Shown: positions 23,761 through 35,688, counted from the stretch's first letter. The stretch is 64,000 bases of DNA from Nemertoderma westbladi (GCA_032718475.1 JAUCBJ010001864.1:77427-141426); one strand, 5' to 3'. Notes: generated by a model not told the origin, from the sequence alone. Numbers and translations are program-made.

Positions 23761-25507
23761 CTATTTATTATTTCTCTGTTTGTCCACTTCCTATGTTAAT
23801 ATATTAGGTGTAATATAAAGTATAAAAACCTACATGACGACTTTTAACGTAATATTATTATAATAAAGATAATTTTATCTCAAAAATTCACTTTGTTTCA
23901 TTATATTTTAATAAAGTAATGCTTTCGCGCACTATTTTTTTACTTTCTACAATTAAAATAATGGCAGAAAGTCTTTCTACCACTATTTTATTGGCATAAT
24001 GTACGTAATTTTAGCTCAGTGGTCAGACCACAGGGTGCTGTGCTGTTATTTACTGAGATCGAGACTCGGTTGCAGTAGCAAATTTTCGTAAATTCGAATC
24101 TTGACTATTTCAATAAAATTTGATCTGATATAATCACAAATATGGATTTTTGTATTAAGATTAATTACGCTGAATACCGCATTCCGTAACCGTGGAACCC
24201 GGTGAAAAGGATATATCGACCCCTTAGAACCATAACGAGCCACGTCCACATTTTGTCAAAATTTAGTTATTGGTATCATTGGAATGCTGAACAAAAGTAC
24301 TATTATCCATGATAAAAGGCTCAAGTCCATATCTGCATTAAACTATCAGATCTGGCAAGTCGGTCTAATAGCCATGTCCAAGCCATGAATTCGGATAAAT
24401 GGGCCAATATATAATAACGCAAGAAACAATGATACTATAAAAGATCAATTGGCTTATTTTCAAATATTTGGTGCTGGCATAGCAGTTTACACCGACCGAC
24501 GAAAAATACAAGTTTATTATTCCATTGCAAATTTAGAACCCTCTCTAACCCGTATAGTGACACCATCAATTGATGTATTTGATGGTTTTCAAAATTTGCT
24601 GCTAGCATCAAATTTTGCACCCATTTCCGAAAAATACAAGTTAGAGATGTCTAGTTAGATAATTATATATTTCATTGAAATCAGAACCGCCAAAAGCCTC
24701 TAAAATGCGGGATTAAGTTGTCACAAGCAATATAACTATTGAATAGATTTTCAAAACTTCGTGCTGGCACCAAATTTTGCACACAGCACCGAAAAATACA
24801 AGTTTGATACGCCTGGTGCAACACGTATACATATATTTCATCGAAATCAGATCCCCAAAAAACCCATGTAATGTTCTTATTGCGCAAAAACAGGTTCAAA
24901 CAATCAATTTACAAAATTGACATATTTCAAATTTTGGTGCTGGCACCAAAATTTGGCACCCGCGTAAAAAAACAAGTTTGAAATTTCTAAATTAATCTAT
25001 ATGAATTCCACATGATTGCAAACACCTAAAACTGGTGTAAATCAAAAATAGATGAATAAAAAAAAATTTGATTTTAAACACGTTTTAGAACGATGCCGTG
25101 CGTTTTAAATAGAATCTAGATTTTTTTTCTAAAAAAAGTTCTAGAACAATAAATATTTGTTATTGAACATATTTTTTTTAAATGAATAGCTAACATGTTC
25201 TGGAACACTTTCTATACAAGTAGTAATAAAAACTAACTAGGCCTACTACAAAATATTTATAGAAGGAAGTAGGATGTCGGAACCAGTGTCAAAATTACTA
25301 GCTAAACCTACCTAAAACACTAGCTACCCTAACATTTAGTATCTTGCTTAACGAGGAGAATTCAATTCAGTCAAATTAAAGAATTATATCAAAATATCAA
25401 ATTGTTGTAAAAAAAAAACTGGTCTCTTTTTGAATGGCCTCAAATGCAGATTTGGAAAAAAATTTAGCAGCGGTTTTCTGTCATCCATATCTATGTATCT
25501 TTTTATA

Positions 25508-26160
25508 AAACTAGAAACGCAACGCAAGCGTTGCGGTAAGGAGCCCTTTTCACCGAGTTATGAAGACCCTGAAATTGGTACGGGTTTTTTTTGTATATGT
25601 TGTGTTTGTTTACCGTCGTTTGGATCATCATTTCGGAGAGCTGGAGTAGAATTATAACCCGACATCGCGATACCTTTATTAGTATGTATGTGTGTGTGTG
25701 GATGTGGATATGTTTGTGGATCCACTATAGCACTTAGGACTCCAGCCTATTCGAACGTCTCGCAGAATATAAATAAACGTACGTGTCGCGTCGCGCAGCA
25801 CGAGCGGCTGCTTACTCGAGAACGGGTAACCCGAGTACTGGACTCGTGCAGCACGAGCGGCTGCTTACTCGAGAACGGGTAACCCGAGTACTGGACTCGT
25901 GCAGCACGAGCGGCTGCTTACTCGAGAGCGGGTAACCCGAGTACTTGACTCGTGCAGCACGAATGCCCTACGAAAATTTTCAAAATATTGGAACTTTTCC
26001 TTTAGTACGTTCATTCAAATTAGGTTAAAATTGAGTAAAGGCTTCAAACGATTGATTTTCCATTACAGACAGTCAGACGGACAGACAAACAGACGGACAT
26101 GATATTAGGCCCTAATACTAATTGAAATTGTTCACTAGTAGTTTCGCTCACTAATCGTGG
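25508..26160. mobile_element. Possible Helitron/Helentron-associated (HINE/DINE-like) non-autonomous element
   Basis: ACTAGAAAC start with short hairpin CGCAACGC-AA-GCGTTGCG, an internal tandem repeat and a CAGACGGACAGACA microsatellite near the end. Boundaries are approximate. Confidence 0.45.
25795..25962. repeat. 53-bp GC-rich tandem repeat x3 (unrelated to the large satellite)
   Basis: Units start at 25795, 25848 and 25901, with a partial unit at 25954. Contains inverted motifs CTCGTGC-A-GCACGAG and CGGGT-A-ACCCG. Confidence 0.9.
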
Positions 26161-26445
26161 CTCGTTCCACAGTATATTAATTTAATACAGTTCCAATTTA
26201 ATAATTTATTTAATATAGTTCCATCTAACAACTTTTGTTATTGGGTTATTTAATACGCATGACCATTCAGTTTGATAAAACATTACTTTTGTTACATTAT
26301 GTTTAAATTAACAGCGTTCTGGTGAATTACTCGTAACGCTGCAAAGTTGCAACGTTTTGCAGCGTTGCGGCCTATAGGACGGAACGCTGCAAAGTAATCA
26401 ATGACATGGAAACAATTTCAATTAACGTATTCCAGAATGTATTAT

Positions 26446-28697
26446 TGATGAATTATTTCACTATAAGATAGCATTTGTAGTTTAACTTTAACGTAAAAAC
26501 TTTCGAAAATCCGACGTATTTTGATTGAGTTACAGTAATGTAATATGCCTATTCATATTTGTACACATAAAACCCCTAGGTACTCTCGTGGCGTAGTGGT
26601 CAGATGGTTAAGGCGTTGGTTACATTACATAGGTTACGAGTTCGAATCCCAGTCGGGAAATTTGTATTTTGGGGCCATTTATTTTCGTTTGGTGCTAATT
26701 GGTAGGCCAATGAGAAGCGTACAGCGTAGCGAATGATGAGCCAGGCCAATCATAGGGCATAAATTATCTTATTGCTCAAATGTGAGGCAGTGGAAAATTC
26801 TGTTAGGATTCCATGTCCCAGATTAGTGTAAGGGCCGGACTGCGTTGAACGATGAGCTGGGCCAATCATAGGGCACGAAGCACTTCATTGCTCAATTGTG
26901 AAGCTGTGGAAAATTCTGTTTAGTTTCCATGTGCAATTTCTAGTATAAAAAGGCCGGTTTGCCTTCGGTTATCACCTTCTTTGTAAAACTCTTATTTTGT
27001 AAAATTAGTTTATTCGGTTTCTTGTTGAAACTTTATTTGATAAATCCTTTTGTAAAACTGTAAATATACTGCAATTTCCTGACATGTTTTCTTTTGGTCC
27101 GACTTCGGGACAGCCGAACACCAGGGAGATGGCAGCCTAGATCGTTAGGCCGTAAGCAACGCAGGGAAGGGATGTCCACAACACGCTAGCGCCCACATTG
27201 GATCGACCGCGCACCCCCTTTGCCCCTTCGAAATACTCCACTTGCTATGCAGCGCCCGCTTTGTGAGAAGGTAAGACTTTGTTCGACGCCCTTGCCCGCC
27301 GTAAGACCTATAGATCAGGGTAAGCGTGACATCGTACTGGACGCCGCAAATTTAGGATCAAATAATTATATCCAGACACCCCCCCTTTGTCAAGTCCTAC
27401 GAATCCCTGGGTTAACCTGTACTTCCTACAGGTGCGAACTATTGCCATTCGTCAGTACGCGAGTACATATTAGGTACGGACAGCACATGTTCCATAATTT
27501 AGTGATTCATAGCACTGACTGTTTGGTACCGGTTCGCTTTGTAGAACGTACATTAGTACCCCCCCCCCCCCCCCCTCTGTCTGGAGTTAGCTATTTGATC
27601 AGGCAAGGAGCATTTCTGCTACCGGCACACTGCTTGGCCTAGGGAGGTTTATTAATATCCTACCGCGCCTTGCCACGTACTGATAGGTATTGCTGCTAAC
27701 TACCGCAGCAACAAAGTTCTAGAATTAAATTAGTATACCAGATCAGCTAACGTACGGTAGCGATTAACCCCTATTCTTATCTTACAACCAGAATCTGGTA
27801 TTAGTGCCGATCACGGGTGTAGTTACTAACACTGTGGTTGCCCATTGGGTTGTGGATAGGAAGGAGAGAGCTTTGACGTCATTTGTGAGTATAAAGTTCT
27901 ACAAACGCGACTAGTTTATTTTAGTAGCTAGCGCACGGTATCATTTAGTCAGAAAATCACTAAAACCTAGTAAAAGGAATTACACGAAATTGTTTTATTT
28001 GTAACACACCCACACACACACGCCCTAAAACATATTGCCCTTAAAGTTCTACTAGCTATAGCGTACTATACATTACGTTAGGTGGAAATTATCTGTATTT
28101 GTAAAATTAGGATCTGATTTAGTTGCGGCAAGATAAGGAGTATTTCACTTTCGTTATTAAACTGTTGTTTGTCTGGACAACGGTATTGTTACATTTAGGC
28201 CTGACCTTTTAGACTGATTTCGTACAGGGGGATCAGTTATTGTTACATTTAGGCACGACCTTTAGGCTGATTTCGACAGGGATGATCAGCATTGTTACAC
28301 TAGGTCTGTTAACCACCTAGTTCGTATATAACCCATATAAATCACACCGCGGCAAGTTACTGTATTTAGGACTGTCAGTGATAGTTAGGATTCGCTGCGT
28401 GGGGATTGTTTTCCCGTGAGTTTGGTCTGTTACTGTAACTGTACATCTGCCTCACCGGTTAGAGGACAGGTATCCTTCTGTCTAGTACGTAGGCATTAGA
28501 CCCGCTCACGTACATAGAATAGATACAAGGCTCTGTTCCTCGCCAGTAGTCGTTTGTGTACTATATCTGTTTGTTTAGATATCCTGGACTGGGATTTGTT
28601 GTCAGATACTGTACAAGCCCGTATACATTACTAGAGTCTCATAGTAAGATACATCGTTACTAGGATCTGGTAAGCGGTATACTACTGGACCCTTACA
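26446..28697 (+). repeat. 5' LTR (2252 bp)
   Basis: Near-identical to 40237-42510 (about four substitutions and a few indels seen). Confidence 0.97.
26700..26952 (+). promoter_or_regulatory. Putative LTR U3 promoter: duplicated CCAAT-containing block and TATA box
   Basis: GGCCAAT occurs three times, two of them in diverged duplicated blocks (26735 and 26851). TATAAAAA at 26944. Confidence 0.6.
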
Positions 28698-29691
28698 GTA
28701 GGAAGTACTATATAAATTAGTGTATAGTATTGTTAGATCTGTACGCTTTGTAGTGCGTGCGCACTACAATAGTAGGAAGTATATTAGACAAATTCTGAAA
28801 TTAGCGTATAGTATAGTTTAGAATTGTTAGCTATTGAAAGTAGGAGATATTTAAAATTTAAGGTTAGTAAATTTAGTAATTTAGAACGTCCCCTGCTTCA
28901 GTAGGCTTTTAGGGTAGCTAGTACTTTCGTATTTAATATTTGACTAGCTAACAGTTAGTTTGTAGCACTTTGTTTTACGCCGTGTGTGTGCGGTGTTACT
29001 TTTCGGTACTTGAAAAGGTACATAGGGTTTAAAGACCAATTTGTATCGGTACCTAGGAAGATTTTTCGTAAGCGTAGAAGTAAAACTCTCACCTTCGACC
29101 TTTTCAGGACTCAAGGACTCATTTCTGGACCGCTTCGAGGATTAGACCGCTTTTCGCAAAGTTTGGGAGACAATAAATTCGTCCGCGCCGCCGAAAAACG
29201 GAAAGACCCACGTCCGGTTTGTATTTGGGAATTTGTACGACTGGAAGATCAAAGGAACGTAAGTTTTACGACTCGCGTCGTTCAAACTTAAGAAAGCACA
29301 GTAGTACTCAAAATTTGTGGGTTTCACTGTCTATTAGTAGTGTTGTTGGTACTTATTTTCCCGTTAGACGTTGCTGTTTGGCCTATTGTTTATACTTGTT
29401 GATCTATATTTTGTTAACGTATACCGTTATCTCACTTATTCGTACAAATTTAGCCGGTAGGCTAGATTACTACTTATTTTATTATATACTTTGTTAGTTT
29501 ATTTGTACCGGTTAGGATATATATATGATATATATATATATCAAGGTAAGTTTGACATTTGTACATTTCGACATTTTGACATTTCGACATTCTGACTTGT
29601 TGATTTATTTGTACCGGTTAGGTAAGTTCGACACTTCAACATTCAGACACTTTGACATTTTATTACCCGTACTTGACGTATATAATAAGAC

Positions 29692-32600
29692 ATGAGTGAC
29701 ACACCCCATTCGACGAGATACCCACCTACCGACTATGACTCGTGCGACCCGGACAGATCGACAGTAGACGAACCGAGAAGGAGAACCCGAGATTCCACCG
29801 ATGTCACACCGCTTGCGTCGCCGGTACCCCGAACGGAAATACCGGAAGCCGCAACGCGTGGCGACAGCAGGATCGAAGATTTCCTTACCGTCCCGCAGAC
29901 TAGATCGCGGGAACCGGACATGGTAAGTTCGACTGGAAGCCAGGAGAACGTTATTAGAAGTATAGGAGGACACATGGCCCAGATTACTCGGAACCTCGGA
30001 GAAGGTTTTCGCGTTTTACGCGAGTTAACCGCCCCGATGTCGAGATACGAGTTCTACACCTTACAGGTAAGGATAGAAAGTAGGGTACATGCCTCCGTAG
30101 ATAAACTTAAAGGTTTGCACGAACTTGCAGAGTTGCGTGGCGACAACTTTACTCAGGTAAAGATAGTAGATAAATTGGTAAGTGCGAGAGAAAGCCTTAT
30201 CCAGTTTAAGTCGGTAATAAGCTTGGCTCAACAGGAGCAGTTCGACCAACTGCTAGGTGAGTCAGTTTCGGACGCGTTGTTACAACCCGAAGAGGAAGAA
30301 GAACTCTACTGCCTGGACGGAAGGTTGGAAACGCTGACCAATTTTCTTCGTAGATGCGGCGTACCGATCGACGAACCGGAAGTCGAACCGCGAGGGACGA
30401 CGGAAGTTCTCACTACGGAAGGCTCGCGAGCCTACCAACATCCACCGCTGGATAGATCGTTTGTTAGCGTACGGAGCGACGTTGGCAACGTTGGCGACGT
30501 TAGTAGAACAGCGTCTGGAATTACTCGACAACAACAGGAGGTTGCACGCCGACAACAAGTCGCCGAGGAAGAAGCGCGACACCAGATGGCACAGATCGCC
30601 ATCGAAGGAGAGAAACAACGTAGAGAAGACGAGGCAAGAATTGCACAACTCAAGGCGCAAGCTGAATTCGAAGCATCAGAAATGCGCAGACTGGAGGAGG
30701 ACTTAGCGCGAGAAGCGGCAGCCGACGAGTTAGCACGGCAGAAAGCAGCATCCGACGTTCGTGCCAAGTTGGAGGCGCGGCAAATAAACGCTCGATTAGC
30801 TATACAGGAAGCGGAATTAGCGGCACAACAACAGGACGCAGATCGACGCGAAAGGGAGATGCAACTACAGTTCGAATTGAATCGTAGATCGCGCGAGACA
30901 GCGAACGCGCAAGCGGACCTCGAACTCGACGCGAGAGATAGATCTATGAGATCGCGAACTGGACACGACTTGTCTGCCCTGGATCGTATGGAAGCTCGAT
31001 ATCGCGGAATACAGAAGCGGATCGAGGAAGGAAGCGTGGGAGCGATAGATCGAGGAGAGGAGTTCGTCGAGGATTACTGCAAACGTTTTCCCCAAGTTAT
31101 TCCTATGCTCAAACCCACGACTCCGATAAAACCGGTCTTCGTTACGAAACCTAAGGAAATAACGCCTGTGCGTTCGACGCAAGGCAACAGGTTTGTTGTG
31201 ACGGAAATACCGCAACCTAGGGCGACTTCATCGCCAATTTTAGCAGGTAACATAACTAGTCCACCTACAGTAAGTCGTAGTCTACTTGTAGGAAGAGAGG
31301 AACCTGCGTTTATGACCATTAAACAGGTGAGTAAACCATTACAAGTTAAACCTGTGACGTGCTGTGCAAATCCAGTTATTTACAGACCGACTACGAAACC
31401 CGACTATTTCACTCGACCGTTGACACAATGTTCGACGCAACCTACGACTTCGTGGAAGGCTTGCGAGCCTACCGAACTACGGAGGAGGATGGAGGTGGGT
31501 AGTACCCACGGGATCGGACAACGTATAGCGAGACCTACGACTTCGTGGAAGGCTTGCGAGCCTACCGAACAACGGAGAGCCGTAGATTCCGGACCGCAAC
31601 GGACGAAAACGAGAGTAATACGCCGGACACGAACCCGCCAACCACCTTATCCGGACGACAGCGATTCATCTAGTGACTCGGAGTCGACGGAACGGGAAAT
31701 ATTCCGTACTGGAGCGGCGGAAGATTGCAAACGAGAGGAGAGATCGACGAACCCCTATATCGACAATCCTCCACGAGAAACACCCCAACAGAAACCCACG
31801 TTGAAACCAGCGGAAACGATCAGCGCTAAACAGTTCACCGAGATGACGGACAGAATAGCTCAACTCGAAGAACGACTCGAAGCGCAACCGTCGGATCGAT
31901 CACGAACCAGCGTGGAGTTGGAACAACCTAGACAACATCGACCACCGAGGAGAGAACAGGAGACTAGACGGACTCCGACACATCGAAAAGAAGATCCCGT
32001 TAATAATTCCTACCGACGAACAACGCGCGGAAGGGAGCGACTGGACGACGCCGCCGAACAGGGACGCGGACAGTTGGATTTGGTTAGCGAGATTGCGAAA
32101 TTCGCGGCTAGACACGGATTACCGGCACAGCAACCGCCGAAGTTCTCTGGCAACGCGAAACACTGGCGCACACTGGTAGACTACGTAGAGTCCCAGATCG
32201 CTAAGTGTGCTTTCACCTCGACGGAGAAGTTTAACTACTTGCTCCAAGTCCTGTCTGGTGAGCCGAAACGATTAGCGGAAACCTTTATTGGTGTTCCCGA
32301 TGCCTTTGAATTGGCGTACGACCGTTTGTATTCGATTTACGGCGGTAATGTCGCCATGGCTAAATCCATTATAGAAGACCTCTGCAGAGGAGGCAACATT
32401 TCGAGACCGATCGACCTTTTACGACTCGCGGACGAAATAAAGAACGCTATAGGGACTTTACGGTCCATTGGACAACTCGAGTACGCTAACGCACCGACGG
32501 TTCTCATTCGAATAATCGGTCGACTTCATCATCGACTACGACGAGAATGGCGATGCATCGAGTACCAGCGCGAAGAGGCCGGAGGGTTATTAAAACTCAC

Positions 32601-35600
32601 CGATGTCTATCAACTTATTTCACGGGAGGCCGTGATTGAGACTCGATCGAACTATACCGATCACCATATCGCGGCGGAAGGGATAACTGTTTCTGCGCCG
32701 AATCGGACTAAACCGTTTCCGACGAACGCGAAAGCCGTTACTTACGCCACCCCTACTGAGACTTCTAAAGTTCTGACGCCTATCGGCACCACGCAGCCAC
32801 GACAACAGTTGCCGGCGGACTTTGTGGGATGCTCATACTGCGAGCGGAACGGCAGAAACCATAGCGGACATAAACTACGTGGATGTCGCGCTTTTAAAGA
32901 GTTAGGGATCGAGGAAAGGAGACTCCAAATCCGATCTCTAGATTCCTGTTGGAGATGTATGAAGCCAGGACACGTCCGGAAGGATTGCCCGAGCGACGAT
33001 ACATGTTCTTTGTGTGGACGTAACCATGACGCGTTGCTTCACACAACCAGTCATACTCCGACCCGACGCTTTCGACGAGAGCATCCCGATAAAGCGGCTA
33101 GATGCGACGCGCTTTATAAGGAGCGTGCGCCGCGCGAGATCCGTACCTTTTATACCGACTGTATGGATCAGTCAGGATCATCGGACGAGGACGAGGAGGA
33201 AGACGACACTTTCTACGTGCATGCAGGTGAGGAACAGCCATCGATAACGCTCCTCACACAGAACCAATTGAAAGGGTTTAGCGTGATTCCTATAAAGATT
33301 ACCGGAACCCGAGGGAGCAAGCGTATATACGCCATCTTAGACTCTGCGTCATCGCATAGCTATGTCGACGAACAAGTAGCCGACGTAGTTACGGACTTGA
33401 GTCAAGGTAAGACTGCTCAGTATACTGTAAGCAGCATGTATGGTAAGAGAGCGATTCCTGTGACGAGAGTAAAACTAACCTTAGACACTCTTCTTTCCAA
33501 AGCGGAACACAGCAAGGAGGAGCGCTCATTACTTCCGGTAAGAAATTTGACCTTTGCAGCTACGAAGGACTTTAGTAACTTGCTCGGCCCTGTGCCAGAG
33601 CAATCACCGGAAGATCGTAAGTATTTCCGACACCTTGGAATACCGGAATGTCCTGTCAATTATCGTTCCATTGCGATGTTAATTGGGACAGACCAGTTTA
33701 ACTTACATCAGGTATGGGAGACACGCCCATCTGTTATTACAGCGGGCAACCCCTACGCATGTAGAACTCCCATAGGTTGGTATACTAGAGCACCAATACG
33801 TTCACTAGAGGTAAGTGACCAGGAGGACGACGTTTTGAGTATGTGTAGTTTATTGACTAACACGATAGATAATTCTCCTTCACACTCCCGTGGTCCAATT
33901 GTACGGACGGCACTACGACAGACTCGCGTCACTAACACAGACGCCACCGATACTGACGTAACCGATCTGGACACGACCATACGGACCTCTGACTTACAAC
34001 TACTTGCAGTAGACCAGGTTGTATTGACTACTGAAGACCTGAGGGTTGTTGCCGTGGATGACTCGATGAACGAAGATTTTGGAAGGCTTGCGAGCCTACC
34101 GAAAAATCCGAAGGTCATTGACCCCACCCACCAGGCTTCGACACCGGTCGTTGATCTTGGAAGGCTTGCGAGCCTACCGATAGATCAAGAGGTTGTCAAA
34201 CCGCCGCACGACAATTCGACGCCGACTAGTGACACCGGAAGGCTTGCGAGCCTACCAGACACATTGACACTAGCCACCGCAGCGGACGAAGACGTGGACG
34301 AGGACCATGGCGCAGTGCAAGCAGCGCTTGACCGACTGCTGACTGAACGGACCATTCAATGGTTGGAACAGGACTCAGCAGAACCCGGTAGTTACGAGAC
34401 CGCTATGTCAGAACAGGAAAAACGGTCATTAAATATTATGAGAGATACCATTCGCCAGACCGCGAATGGCCACTATGAGGTTGGTATGTTGTGGCGCGAT
34501 GGACAACCTAAGCTCGTTAACAATTACCCGCTTGCTTTGAGGCGACTCAAATCAATAAGGCAGCGATTGTTGCGAGACGAGACGGCCCATATGCAATACA
34601 ATGCACAACTTCAGACGTATCTCCAAAGGGGATACGCCATTAGGATGTTAAATCCTGAGGTAACCACAGACCAGACATATTACCTGCCACATCATTTTGT
34701 TCGACACCCGGACAAACCTGGCAAGGTGCGTGTAGTCAACGACTGCGCTGCACTTTACCAAGGGATGTCTATGAATAGCGAACTGATGGACGGGCCGAAT
34801 ATGAATAATTACCTCATGGGAGTCCTAATGCGTTTTAGACAACGCAAAGTGGCTTTCACCTGTGACGTAGAGGCCATGTTTCACCAGGTTAAGGCTTTGG
34901 AGCGGGACAGGGACAGTTTGAGGTTTCTTTGGTATCCGGACGGAAACTTACAACTTCCGCCAGAAACTTACCAAATGCAGGTAAGAGTATTCGGAGCCAG
35001 GGACAGCCCCAACTGCACCATGTACGCCTTAAAGCAGACAGCATTAGACAGACGAGACCAATTTGACCCAGAAGTAGTTCGGACCGTGGAACGAGACTTC
35101 TACGTGGATGACGGCCTCAAGAGTTGTGACACCTTGGAGCGCGCTACAACCGTAGCACACCAACTCCAGGATTGTCTCGCTGAGGGCGGATTTCACCTGA
35201 CGAAGTTCGCTTCCAACGAACCCGAACTGGTGAACTCATTTGACCCGATGGATCGTAGCGGAGGTGACTTGGACTTAGACTTAGAACCTCTGCCGACGAC
35301 CAAAGTATTAGGACTTAGTTGGGACCCTAACACCGACAATTTTAGGGTACGTGTAAGGTCCAACGACCAGACTAGACCTCTCACAAAGAGGACTTGCTTA
35401 TCGACCATGAGTCGATTGTATGACCCATTGTGTTTCATTAGTCCAGTGATCCTACATGCCAGGATCATACTCCGCAGCATTTGGCAAGCCGGACTGGAAT
35501 GGGACGATCCCATCCCAGAAAAGTTAGCTGAGCGATGGAGGGACTGGGAAGCCCAACTGACGTTCCTACAAGACTATACCATACCAAGGGTATACCATAC

Positions 35601-35688
35601 GCGGCTAGTTTACCCGGAATTCGTTTTTTATCGGCACATTTTTTGGATTAGGAGCCAGTGCGAAATCACGCGAACCCGAAATCATTAG
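29692..35688 (+). CDS. BEL/Pao Gag-protease-RT polyprotein (1998 aa), truncated before RNase H
   Basis: PPKFSG Gag motif; Cys/His knuckles (CWRCMKPGHVRKDC, CSLCGRNHDALLH); protease ILDSAS; RT YLPHH, RVVNDC, DVEAMFHQV, FYVDD, KVLGLSW, YDPL. Homology is lost after DYTIPRVY. Confidence 0.95.
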   Translation: MSDTPHSTRYPPTDYDSCDPDRSTVDEPRRRTRDSTDVTPLASPVPRTEIPEAATRGDSRIEDFLTVPQTRSREPDMVSSTGSQENVIRSIGGHMAQITRNLGEGFRVLRELTAPMSRYEFYTLQVRIESRVHASVDKLKGLHELAELRGDNFTQVKIVDKLVSARESLIQFKSVISLAQQEQFDQLLGESVSDALLQPEEEEELYCLDGRLETLTNFLRRCGVPIDEPEVEPRGTTEVLTTEGSRAYQHPPLDRSFVSVRSDVGNVGDVSRTASGITRQQQEVARRQQVAEEEARHQMAQIAIEGEKQRREDEARIAQLKAQAEFEASEMRRLEEDLAREAAADELARQKAASDVRAKLEARQINARLAIQEAELAAQQQDADRREREMQLQFELNRRSRETANAQADLELDARDRSMRSRTGHDLSALDRMEARYRGIQKRIEEGSVGAIDRGEEFVEDYCKRFPQVIPMLKPTTPIKPVFVTKPKEITPVRSTQGNRFVVTEIPQPRATSSPILAGNITSPPTVSRSLLVGREEPAFMTIKQVSKPLQVKPVTCCANPVIYRPTTKPDYFTRPLTQCSTQPTTSWKACEPTELRRRMEVGSTHGIGQRIARPTTSWKACEPTEQRRAVDSGPQRTKTRVIRRTRTRQPPYPDDSDSSSDSESTEREIFRTGAAEDCKREERSTNPYIDNPPRETPQQKPTLKPAETISAKQFTEMTDRIAQLEERLEAQPSDRSRTSVELEQPRQHRPPRREQETRRTPTHRKEDPVNNSYRRTTRGRERLDDAAEQGRGQLDLVSEIAKFAARHGLPAQQPPKFSGNAKHWRTLVDYVESQIAKCAFTSTEKFNYLLQVLSGEPKRLAETFIGVPDAFELAYDRLYSIYGGNVAMAKSIIEDLCRGGNISRPIDLLRLADEIKNAIGTLRSIGQLEYANAPTVLIRIIGRLHHRLRREWRCIEYQREEAGGLLKLTDVYQLISREAVIETRSNYTDHHIAAEGITVSAPNRTKPFPTNAKAVTYATPTETSKVLTPIGTTQPRQQLPADFVGCSYCERNGRNHSGHKLRGCRAFKELGIEERRLQIRSLDSCWRCMKPGHVRKDCPSDDTCSLCGRNHDALLHTTSHTPTRRFRREHPDKAARCDALYKERAPREIRTFYTDCMDQSGSSDEDEEEDDTFYVHAGEEQPSITLLTQNQLKGFSVIPIKITGTRGSKRIYAILDSASSHSYVDEQVADVVTDLSQGKTAQYTVSSMYGKRAIPVTRVKLTLDTLLSKAEHSKEERSLLPVRNLTFAATKDFSNLLGPVPEQSPEDRKYFRHLGIPECPVNYRSIAMLIGTDQFNLHQVWETRPSVITAGNPYACRTPIGWYTRAPIRSLEVSDQEDDVLSMCSLLTNTIDNSPSHSRGPIVRTALRQTRVTNTDATDTDVTDLDTTIRTSDLQLLAVDQVVLTTEDLRVVAVDDSMNEDFGRLASLPKNPKVIDPTHQASTPVVDLGRLASLPIDQEVVKPPHDNSTPTSDTGRLASLPDTLTLATAADEDVDEDHGAVQAALDRLLTERTIQWLEQDSAEPGSYETAMSEQEKRSLNIMRDTIRQTANGHYEVGMLWRDGQPKLVNNYPLALRRLKSIRQRLLRDETAHMQYNAQLQTYLQRGYAIRMLNPEVTTDQTYYLPHHFVRHPDKPGKVRVVNDCAALYQGMSMNSELMDGPNMNNYLMGVLMRFRQRKVAFTCDVEAMFHQVKALERDRDSLRFLWYPDGNLQLPPETYQMQVRVFGARDSPNCTMYALKQTALDRRDQFDPEVVRTVERDFYVDDGLKSCDTLERATTVAHQLQDCLAEGGFHLTKFASNEPELVNSFDPMDRSGGDLDLDLEPLPTTKVLGLSWDPNTDNFRVRVRSNDQTRPLTKRTCLSTMSRLYDPLCFISPVILHARIILRSIWQAGLEWDDPIPEKLAERWRDWEAQLTFLQDYTIPRVYHTRLVYPEFVFYRHIFWIRSQCEITRTRNH

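Noticed and set aside
24010-24040. TAGCTCAGTGG A-box-like motif
   Set aside because: No B box or tRNA fold downstream.
27094-27110. TGGTCCGACTTCGG as a tRNA-type PBS
   Set aside because: It lies inside both LTR copies, 1.6 kb from the LTR end fixed by the TSD.
26545-27642. ORFs within the LTR (duplicated at 40336 and 41029)
   Set aside because: No recognisable domains, and the poly-C length differs between LTRs and changes the frame.
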